DNA of 39,595 nucleotides, from positions 1-39,595 of the forward strand of contig UYFQ01000091.1 of NCBI GenBank assembly GCA_900617105.1, read 5' to 3'. Position numbers and translations under genes: made by a program. This DNA is from Hydrurus foetidus. Lineage: Eukaryota. Shown in pieces: positions 26,101-35,775 of the stretch. The notes below the pieces were generated by a model that did not search any database, was not told the DNA's origin, and saw nothing but the letters and a program-made list of their open reading frames with translations. Numbering within the stretch: the first letter of the stretch is position 1; the number at the start of each line of letters is the position of its first letter.

Positions 26101-27564
26101 AAGATCGGGGATGAGCACAGTGTCGGGAAGAGGGGCGTCGACAGGGTTCGGTAGCCCTTTAGGGACAGCAGACCTCACGAGCGATTTTGGTGCGAACGAC
26201 TATGCATTGAACATAAGCGTTAAGGAAGCGCTCAGGAGCAGGGGTGATGTGGCCCAACGAGTGATTACAAAGGAGCTAAAACAAATGATGGATAAAAAGG
26301 TCTGGACTCCTGTACAGATGACCTCACTGACAAGTACGGAAAAAGGGGCGATTATTCGTTCGCAGATGTTTTTGAAGGAAAAGTACTTACCGACCGGCGA
26401 GTTTGAAAAGCTAAAGGCGAGACTTGTAGCGGGAGGGAATCAACAGGACAGAGACCTGTACGACGATCTATCCTCTCCGACCGTGTCGACAAGCGTGACA
26501 GTGTTCGCGATAGCTGCTCATGAGAATAGGAAGGCGACAGTGGTGGACATAGGAGGTGCGTTCCTGAACGCAAAGATGGACACAGGAATCAATGTACACA
26601 TGAGACTGGACAGTACCATGTCAAGAATGATGTGCGACATCGATATAGAACATGCTAAATACCTCGACAAAAAGGGATGCATCGTTGTACGGCTGGAAAA
26701 AGCGCTTTACGGGTGTGTTGAATCGTCAGCGCTATGGTACGCTAATATATCAAGATGCCTTCTTGAAGGAGGGTTTGAGAGAAACGTGTATGACACATGT
26801 GTGTTCAACAAAACTGAGAATGGAAAACAATGTACGATAGCCATACACGTGGATGACCTGATCATTACGAGCGTACGTACGGGAATGATTGAAGACGTGT
26901 GTGCTCACTTACGAAATAGGTATGGAAACATCACTCGCTGCGATGGTCCTATTCTCAACTATCTAGGGATGGTTTTCGATTTGTCCAATGTAGGGGAGGT
27001 TCGCATGACCATGAAGGGATACATAGAAGAGACGTTGGAGATAGCCGGAATTACCGGAAGGGCAAAGAGTCCGGCCACGGACGGATTGTTTGAAACGCGA
27101 GACGGAGCAGTCCCTGCGACGGAACCCCAGCGAGTGTGGTTCCATAGTGTGGTGGCTAAACTGAGCTACCTAGGGAAGAGGGCTAAGCCAGAGTGTCTCA
27201 TCGCCATCGCATTCCTTGCCACTAGAGTGACGCGATGCGCGCGCGACGACATCGAGAAGCTGTCAAGATTGCTTCGATACATCACGGACGCCAAGGAAAT
27301 GGGGGTGGTGTTTAGGCCGGGAAAATTGGGAATGTGCGTGCAGGTGTACGTGGATGCGGCGTACGGGGTACACTCAGACGGGAAGTCGCACACGGGCAGC
27401 TGCGTTGTCATCGGAGACGTTGGGGCAGTGCACTGCAAATCTAGTAAGCAGAGTATTGTGACTAAATCAAGTACGGAAGCAGAGCTCGTCGCGCTGTCGG
27501 ACTCGGCCAACCAGGGCCTGTACATCAGGAACTTCCTCAAGGAGCAGGGGTATACTATGGGGCC
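23168..27564 (+). CDS. Copia Gag-Pol polyprotein, N-terminal part (disrupted in RNase H by the gypsy insertion)
   Basis: CCHC knuckle CYVCGLMGHYARDC; protease LLDSQAS; integrase SVDVLF / SDGEG / RIEGKI; RT KARLVAGG, VVDIGGAFL, KALYG, HVDDL; RNase H YVDAAY, KSSTEAELVA. The annotated ORF end at 27586 is read-through into the gypsy LTR. Confidence 0.95.
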
Positions 27565-27684
27565 TGTAGTCCGGATAGGAAAGTAGGTCGATAGAGATGT
27601 ATGTGTACAGTAGGCGGTAGGATCGGATGGATCGGGACTAGGTCCGGTACGGCCCGTAGGCCCGGTATAGCCGGTCCGACCACA
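27565..27684 (-). repeat. Gypsy 3' LTR (120 bp)
   Basis: TG...CA; identical to 33043-33162. Confidence 0.96.
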
Positions 27685-27705
27685 TCACCCCCACTTATCT
27701 TTTTT
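27685..27705 (-). other. Gypsy polypurine tract
   Basis: Minus strand AAAAAAGATAAGTGGGGGTGA immediately precedes the 3' LTR. Confidence 0.8.
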
Positions 27706-28030
27706 CTGAAGAAAAAGAACCTATGACGCGACCACCACGTTTTGTACAAAAATCTAATAAGGCTAAAACTAACTAAAGGAAGAATAAAGAAAAAGATTAC
27801 AAATATGTAAATCTAATAATACATTGAAATGTATAAAAATATAAATTTATACAAATAGACTTAGTGGTGGGTCGGTCGAGGCGATAAGGTGGGTGCCTAG
27901 TACCATGTACTTGCGCACGAGACCTCGATACGTAATTATGTCAGATTTTTACTGACTAAAACCATAAAAACCTCATAGAGGGAAAAATTAGGAAAAATCT
28001 TCAAAAGATAATACGTTCGAGATCAGCAAC

Positions 28031-29654
28031 TTAGGCTGATGTCTCAATGTTTCTGGGAATGAAATGTTTCATTTTATTATCCCGTAAATAATCATGGAGT
28101 GCTTCACAGAGCCGTAGTGATTTCCACGGCTCCCATGTATTATGAGAGTCATCGTAGTTGAGCCATTTAACATGGAACGACATTGTAGTCGGTTTCTTGG
28201 TGTCACCAGCGTGACCCAGAACTTTCTCAACCACGAACTCCATGTAATCGCGACGAGCAGTGTCAGCAGGTATATCTACCTCTGGGTCATAATTGAATAA
28301 TTTGAAATTCTTGACGTGAACACTTCGTGTCTTGTGATTTACAAGATTAGCGAGAACGTACTCGGACCCCTTAAAGGAGACAATACAGTAAGGGCCATGC
28401 CACTTAGTATGTAATCGAGTTGGAGGTCGATCAGTGTATCGGCATAAGACATATGACCCCACGGGGAACACAGTCGCTGATTCAGCTGACGCGGCGTTTT
28501 TAGCATCCGCTTTTAACAAAGTTTGAACCGCAGTTTCAAGTACTTTGTCTTGTACACTTATCAAATCTGATATGTACGTTGATCTTGAATGTGTTCCAAC
28601 ACTTAAGTGTGGAGTGAGAATACCACGATTCAAATCAAGTTTGTTTCCGAACAATAAATGAGCGGGGCAGACACCTGTGCGTCTATTAACTGAACCGTTA
28701 ATGATACGTTGCACGAAAGGGATTGACTTAGCATATCCCTCAAGGGTTTGTTTATCAAAAACTAAACCTCTTAAGTGTCTATTCACCTCTTTGTTGACTC
28801 TTTCAACAATTGCATTCTCTTGTTTCGAGTAAGCAAGGGTGAGATTATGTGGTGTTCCACAAAGATCTAAGAATTCTTTGATCAATTCATTTGCGAAATG
28901 TGATCCTCGATCAGATCTAATCATATTTGGTGATCCAAATCGACCAAAATGCGCAAGCAAACAGTCAGCTGCTGATTTAGCATCTGCGTCTGCACACCAG
29001 AACAATTCTGTCCATCGTGTGAATGTATCGATGATGACTAGGATATAACCTTTGTCAGGAAATGGACCAATATAGTCAACATTTAGCGTATCGAAGATAG
29101 CATAATTTGAAGTTGCAAAATGAGACGCATTGATCTTAGGATCTTTTGCACTCAACTTTTGACAACACGGACAGTTCTGTATGAACGTACGTACATGTTG
29201 TTTCATGTGTTTCCATACTTGTTGTAAACTAAACAACCGAGTAAGGGTACGGTCTACGCCGTTGTGACCGACAATTGCATTGTGACACATTTGAATGTAT
29301 TCTAACTGATCGTCTGAAGCTGGTTCTATGACCGTCAGAGCTGATACAGTGAAAGACGATGATGAAGTAGGAAGTAATTCCAATTCTTCTGTTCGTAATG
29401 GCAGAGCAATTTCTGTCAGATTAGGACAAAGCCTTGACAGTGCGTCTGCCAAAACATTCGAAGTACCGGGTACGAATACCACGGTAAAATCTAGTTCTTG
29501 CATAGCAATGAACCATCTCGCCACCATTGAGGTAGGATTTTGTTTCATATATGTTATGTTCAAATGATCCGTATGGATAGTGAACGTACGATCTCTGATT
29601 AGATAATCGAGTTGTGTACAACAATAGAAGATAGCGTAAGCCTCTTTTTGTGTC
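28031..29654 (-). CDS. Gypsy RNase H C-terminal part + integrase + chromodomain (uninterrupted frame)
   Basis: WSTTQKEAYAI, TDH, NVLADALSR (RH); H-x5-H...CPCC zinc finger; VDYIG, SDRGSHF, VERVNK (DDE); WHGPY; chromodomain EFVVEKVL...KWLNYDDSHNTWEP. Confidence 0.92.
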
Positions 29655-30900
29655 GTTGACCACTTTATTTGTGTGGGTCTTAACTATTTGCTTGTGAAAG
29701 CGATTGCGTGTCTAAAAGTGGTTGGTACTCTTTCGAGTCCATAAGACAGTGGAGCTCTTTAGAACAGAACGATCTGTCATATTTTACATTGGTTTCAAGT
29801 TGTAAAAAACTCTGCTTCACCCTTGCCAGATACAATACAATCGTCGAGATACATCTCACAACAATGATGTACAAGGCCATAGAGGACCGCCGTTACCATC
29901 TGCTCTTGAAAGTAAGAGGGGGCACGACACGGACCAAAGGGCAGTCTCGTAAACTGAAATACCCCCGCAAAGCATATGAATGCCGTAAAAATGCGGTGTG
30001 CGGGGTGTAACGGTGCTTGATGGTAACCTGCGGTTAAATCCATCACACCAAAAATATCCGGTTTTTTATTACCGATCCTCTCAAAGAGGTGTTTGATATT
30101 TGGTAACGGGAATGAGGCCGGCTTAAGACACCTATTAAGTGGCCGGTAATCGATGCAGGTTCGAAATTTACCGGGTGACTTAGTTACTATTACAGGATGA
30201 CTGTAATAAGCGGCATCTGATCGCTCTATAACCCCTGATGCAAGCATCTCGTCAAGGTTTTCTTTGAGAGCAACCTCTTTTGTTGATGACTGGGGACGTA
30301 CCGGCGTACGGTTTTCGTCTTTTTCCCACAACTCAAGTGGGATGTTAATCTCAAAGGGTTTAAGTGACGCTGGTTTCTCAGCTAATTGATCACTGAAGAT
30401 GTCTGAATATTCAGAACAGAGCTCTCGGAGCTTCCTTTGAAAGCTTTCATCTCCTTCAAAGGTAATCTCTTTGAGGAAATCCTCTGGCCCTTTGGGCAAG
30501 TCATCTTGACTAGGTTTCTCCGCCAAGAAGGGGCAAACGTATCTATCTTGCCATCGTCAATCTCGTCAACTGAGAGTGCGACACCACTGGGCCATAAAGG
30601 CTCAGTGACATAGTCTAAGGTATCAGAGTCCTCAGAAGTGTTTGTAGGGGTGGGAATCTGGTCGCCACCTAGGTGCGGTGTATCACCCGTACGTTTTGCG
30701 AGAATAGTAGTGACACTATTCAGTCGCTCACAACCTACAACACCACAGGGATCTTGGGTCATGACTCCCTCGATTTCCATCTGAGTATCGTTACATGTCG
30801 ACATTGTATGGACACAAGAGACGTTGCTCTTCGAAGAAGATTGACCATGCAATATGCTCTTCCTATTCGGATACTCGTACAATCCATATGTTTCTCTCTT
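29655..30900 (-). pseudogene. Gypsy reverse transcriptase, frameshifted and internally deleted
   Basis: FRTCIDYRPLN, MDLTAGYHQ, RLPFG, YLDD present. Frameshift near 30530 (TFAP/LAEKP). Only about 35 codons separate YLDD...EAEF from AIAFTSK*, so the RT thumb/connection and RNase H TDAS motif are missing. In-frame TAG at about 29655. Confidence 0.88.
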
Positions 30901-31199
30901 ATCAGAGGATGGTTTACCGCCTGGATATTTCAGCTTGTCGTAATGAGGTGTAAAGACTCGACTACGGCTGTATCAGGTTCGGTACCCAACGCTATCATAC
31001 GACGCGTATATCTGTGTTGAAACAATGGGTCGAGTTTATCCGATGCGTATTTCTTATCGAATTCGCATGCGAGCATCACTCTTTCTCATATTCTCAGCGC
31101 TAAGCTCAGGAGAAATGCCGAAAGCAAATGGAGTTAACGTTTAAATGTCATACTTATTTACCGTATCACGGCTAAATAATATGCCAATTTCCGTCTTCC

Positions 31200-31499
31200 G
31201 AATAGGTACATGTGGCTGCACTTCGACATGATCATCAGTCAGATTAAAGACATCATTATCGAAAGTGACAGCCACGCAGTCCTGGGCAAGGATGTACCTT
31301 GGTTTTGTCCCGGCTGAGTGTTGTCTCGGCTGAATAATATGTTGATATTCGTTTTTGAATAGGTACATGTGGCTGCACTTCGACATGATCATCAGTCAGA
31401 TTAAAGACATCATTATCGAAAGTGACAGCCACGCAGTCCTGGGCAAGGATGTACCTTGGTTTTGTCCCGGCTGAGTGTTGTCTCGGCTGAATAATATGT
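31200..31499. repeat. 157-bp-period tandem repeat inside the gypsy element
   Basis: 31200-31342 is identical to 31357-31499 (143 bp). A degenerate partial unit lies just upstream (about 31167-31199). Confidence 0.93.
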
Positions 31500-33042
31500 C
31501 GATATACCCTTATGGGCAGGCTGATGCAATTGCATTCACCATTGTAAGAATGAAAAAGGATTGTAAAATCGCAAGTTTTATATTGATCGTCGCGACCGCT
31601 ACACACCGTTATGGCCCTACGGGCAGGATAACAAAGGTGTATAACGTTAAGAATTTTTATCATGTAAAATGAAATAAAACCCTTGATGAATTCGCTGTAC
31701 CCCACACAGATTGATCAGCGGCGCTCTGATGGCTAGCCGGTGTTGTGTGCAGGCAAAAGGTTGATTGCACTTACGATCACTTTTTCAATCAATGCATAAT
31801 ATTGCATTGCAATAATTTTACTCAGCATAGAGCTGTGTGAGAAACGTGATAGCGTGAACGAAAAGAGCGTTTCATACTAACGATCTTTTGATTCATGTTG
31901 CAAAGCAACAGAACATTTCCAATGTGAGAAATATTACAATGAAAAAGTTTGGCTTAAAGCTGGAGGAACACTCCTTACTTTTTGAAATGTTTGCAGTCTC
32001 AAAATCTTGTAAAGACTTTAAATCTGTTGTTAAATTATTACAACATGTGTGCCCACATATTGAAAACTAAAAAAAAAATACGACATTTTCAAATGTACGA
32101 AAAGGTGACCCACCCCTACTGGGGCTCGAACCCCGAACTCAGGATGGTCAGTAATCCTTGGAGGATATTTTCTTTAATCGTCGATATCTCTCTACTGAGA
32201 GCGATTCGAGAGATTAGAAGCTTCAGATCATGTTTATATGACTGTTAGGCATCTTTCTATAGGTCGTGACCTTTTCTGGGTCAAAACCTGATAAAAATCA
32301 GTCGAGAACGACGATGTCGTGCTAAGTCCATAACTCAGCAGGATGATCTCGAATTCAACCAGAACTCGGTGTAAACGATTCTATAGGATACTAGAGATCA
32401 TTATCCGAAGGGACAATGATGTCCGCATGCGAATTCTCTGTGTATCTCTTGTCAAAAGATGAGCAGAAATCGTTTATTCGCTCGAGATATTTCTCCGAAG
32501 AAAAATGGCTGTATCTCTGTGAAGAGGTTAGCCCTGCTCAGGAAAATTTTTCCAGAGCTTCGCCTCGTTCACGAACGGGTACTGTAACGTCAGTAACAAC
32601 GAATAAAGAGATTCTAACCAACTCTTGAACTGAAAAGTTCTATGGCGTGAAAGCCAAATTTAGAGTGGTAGAAAATATGGGGTACCTTTAAGGTAGAAGA
32701 CGTTGCTCAACGTCGACGAAAAGAAGTCTGTAGACTAACTTTCTGTCTCTGGTGACGAATCTGCGATTCAGTCGACCAGCGGAGCAAGCCTTAATTGACT
32801 TCTGGGAAGGATAAATCAACTTCTACCAAGAATGTCAAGTTTTGGAAGAGCCCAAGCAAGGGGATTCCAAGAAAGCAGGTACTCTGACTTTCTCTAACTT
32901 AGACTAGGGTTCCCTGAGCCAATGGCTGCAGAAGAAAGCGACTCGGAAGTCGTAGAGCTGGTGCTCGGAAGTCTTATCTACAGGTTGGGACGAGTAGATG
33001 GAAGGAGAGGTAGCAGAGAAAAGATTGGACTAATAGCGCTAT

Positions 33043-33162
33043 TGTAGTCCGGATAGGAAAGTAGGTCGATAGAGATGTATGTGTACAGTAGGCGGTAGGA
33101 TCGGATGGATCGGGACTAGGTCCGGTACGGCCCGTAGGCCCGGTATAGCCGGTCCGACCACA
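33043..33162 (-). repeat. Gypsy 5' LTR (120 bp)
   Basis: Identical to 27565-27684. Confidence 0.96.
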
Positions 33163-33166
33163 GGCC

Positions 33167-33404
33167 GGTGATAATGTTTCAAGACAATACGTCGTGTATG
33201 GCGCTGGTGGAAAGGGGCAGATCTGGGACAGAAAGAACAAGGCACATATCCATCAGATACTTTTGGGTGCGAGAGAGAGTGGAGCAAGGGGAAGCGCTTG
33301 TGAGACACAAGGGGACAAAAGAGATGTACGCGAACGTACTCACCAAGCCGCTGCAAGGAGCGCAGTTTGTGTATGAGAGAAAGTGCCTAACCGGATGGTA
33401 CTAG
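33167..33404 (+). CDS. Copia RNase H C-terminal remainder
   Basis: Removing the gypsy element and one GGCC restores GYTMGP|VIMFQDNTSCMAL...RTRHISIRYFWVRE...MYANVLTKPLQG...*. Confidence 0.95.
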
Positions 33405-33473
33405 TTAGTTACTGTTGTGTGAATGATATGAATAAACCGTATGATTGCTTTTGTGTAGCCGACCATAGGGGTG

Positions 33474-33750
33474 TGTTGGATATCACGTATGTATGGTCGG
33501 CGTAAGTTACGGTAGCGTACGAACGTACGCTACACTTGAAGTGTCAGAACGTTGCGTGACACTTTGACGATAATACATGCGTGTAGTATATAGGTAGCTA
33601 GTGTTGCTAACTGTAAACTTCGTGGTGAGTGCAAACAGGGATGCACACCACAAGTTTAATAACAAGTATTTGCCGAAACGAAGTCGACACTTTACGAGTC
33701 TTGGTCCGTTACTGTACATCGCGGTGTTCGAGAACGTGGGAATCCCAACA
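33474..33750 (+). repeat. Copia 3' LTR (277 bp), preceded by short purine tract ATAGGGGTG
   Basis: Direct repeat of 22867-23143 with 2 substitutions. Confidence 0.97.
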
Positions 33751-33918
33751 TCTGTAAAGTCGCCAGAAGTTTGTGAGATTTCTCTGCAGTAGGTATACGT
33801 CCCCCAATAAATAATACTGAAGCTCGCAAACAGCGTGTAACTCGAATGAGAGACTCGCCGGATTCTTACATACCTTTCCAACGCGTCACTTCAACTTCGC
33901 CAGCCAAAAATCAATGTA

Positions 33919-34757
33919 ATGCTGAGCGATTCTCTGAAGTTGTTAACTACAACCTCAACATTCAAACACAAAGTCTCGAGCGTTTTAAATCGGTCGTCAG
34001 AATTCGCCAGCAAGGTATGAATGATGCTCACTAAGAAAGCAGAACAAGGAATATCTTGGTCGGCCAGCGGCTCCTCAATCGGTTTTTCCTCGCACATCAT
34101 GCTCCAACTGAAGTAGCACATGTTCGATGGGCACCCCGAATCATGTTGGAATTCCGACCAAGGGACGCCTCAATTTATTACCTTCGATTTCTGCCGCCCC
34201 GTAGAGGTAGTTCTTCTCCGAGTTATGTTCCAAGGCGGATTCGCTGCACTTGATGCGTAAGTTATTCCTCAAAATTTCCCGATGATGAAATAACAAATAA
34301 AAAGGGAATATGACTATCGCATAATGCTATGTTTGCCGAAATTCAGCTTTCTCAGGAATAATTGTCATTCAACTCGTGACGTGAATATATCTGTCTGATC
34401 AACTTTCAACGGTATTATTTCAGCTCTGTTGAGGTTGGCGATACCATGGACTCCTTGACAGTTATATCGATACTCAGCGATGTCGAAGACGTCAACAACA
34501 TGCAAGAGTTCAATATACGAGACGGTAAAAACTTTGTCGGAATGTCTCTTGGAGTAGCGAATATTGTAGGTGCTGACAGCACCGAATCAAGTGGGAACAC
34601 TGTCGGTCAGAGTCACGAAACTGCATCGTCATCACGTACAGAGTCGCCCATCCTGTCCAAGAGTCACCATCGTTATGTGCGCTTGAATTTTACGAGAGCC
34701 TCTGATTTCTACGGCAGAATTACCATTTATAATCTAGAATTATATGGACGAGATTAG
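33919..34757 (+). CDS. NR2C2AP: Nuclear receptor 2C2-associated protein homolog (TRA16), 3 exons
   Basis: Exons 33919-34014, 34117-34256, 34424-34757: KVSSVLNRSSEFASK|HMFDGHPESCWNSDQGTPQFI...FQGGFA...EDVNNMQEF...FTRASDFYGRITIYNLELYG. Matches the family motifs VSSVLNR, CWNSDQG, FQGGF and DFFGRVVIY. Confidence 0.9.
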
Positions 34758-35775
34758 CAGTGTCGCAGTCTTCGGAATTGTAAAACATTTTGTGTACCGC
34801 ATGCTTCTGCTATGCTAGCTCCAGCCATTTTTCAAAGTTTTATCTCCAGATTTATGACTCCGCCTCTGCTTTATTCCGTGCTGGAACTTGTCTATGAACA
34901 ACTAGTCAATCAATTTTAATCATGATCATGATAACTCCATGAATTTATTTTGGATAATCGCATACATTACAGTAGCTGTTGATGCCATGAAGAGTTTGGA
35001 ATCAAGGAAAGATCACTTCGTCCTAAAATTGTGATTCGGGTGTCACTATTACTATCTTTGAGGAAAGCTATCAGAAAGAAAGGGAAATTGGAAGTACTGG
35101 CTGGCCGTACAGCACAAAAGATGAGTTGGCTAGTACCGTATAATGTTCCATTAAAATACATTCAAAACATAGAGAAGTTTTTGAGAGAAATGCGTATGTC
35201 ATCACCACAACAGAGGAAATCCGTGAGCCTCAAACTGGCTAATCTTAACATTCCTTTTTACCTTTCCCGAATAACTCGGAATTTAAGACACCTCCCCGAC
35301 TCGATATTTACCTTCTTGGTTATAACTGCATCTCGTGATCTCGATTGTGCGCTGAAGGGTAAATATATAACATGAATATCGAAGTGAAAACATCGTTTTT
35401 TTACAGAAAAGTATGCTAAAACATTACAGAATGATATACGTCGTAAGCGAGGGTACTGGGTACGTACACAGTACGTACAGTACAGCACATCCGACTCATC
35501 TCTTCAACTTCGACCAATTTGAAGTTCTTCTCATGAAGTCGAAGTCTGTGTCTGTCTGTAACACTTTCTGAAACAAGAAGCCTGTAACTGCAACACTTTC
35601 ATTTCCCAGCCCAGTCCACCTCTGTGATTCCACTTTGGAACGGATTCAAATGTTAGTAAGGCTTCCAAGTTGAACTGGACCTTTTTATCACTCACAGCTG
35701 TCTGAAAAGATGAATAACTTGCTTGACATCGCATACATGCTAACTGTACAAACACCCTGCACATTTCTCCGCAGA

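Larger units (their letters stand above)
27565..33162 (-). mobile_element. Ty3/gypsy chromodomain-bearing LTR retrotransposon, defective, nested antisense in the copia element
   Basis: Identical 120-bp LTRs (27565-27684 and 33043-33162); 4-bp TSD GGCC (27561-27564 and 33163-33166); RT-RH-IN-chromodomain order on the minus strand. Confidence 0.96.
22867..33750 (+). mobile_element. Ty1/copia LTR retrotransposon interrupted by a nested gypsy element
   Basis: 277-bp LTRs TG...CA (22867-23143 and 33474-33750) differing at 2 positions (23083/33690 and 23129/33736). Flanks ACTGT / TCTGT (5-bp TSD with 1 mismatch). Domain order gag-PR-IN-RT-RH. Confidence 0.97.

Noticed and set aside
26480..26510. 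Possible small in-frame deletion in copia RT (SPTVSTSVTVF)
   Set aside because: Cannot be established without an alignment to family members.
31200..31499. Tandem repeats (also 12993-13253) as possible CRISPR-like arrays
   Set aside because: Only two long units, no unique spacers, no cas genes, eukaryotic context.
32105..32140. Complete tRNA gene
   Set aside because: Only a T-arm-like part is present; no D-arm, anticodon arm or matching 5' acceptor strand.
32140..33040. Possible gag or alternative-genetic-code ORF in the gypsy 5' region
   Set aside because: The minus frame I translated has all three stop codon types and no gag motif; host genes here use TGA, TAA and TAG as normal stops.
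35031..35375. 114-aa basic ORF upstream of AMP deaminase
   Set aside because: Non-ATG start, no recognisable homology, no supported splice to AMPD.
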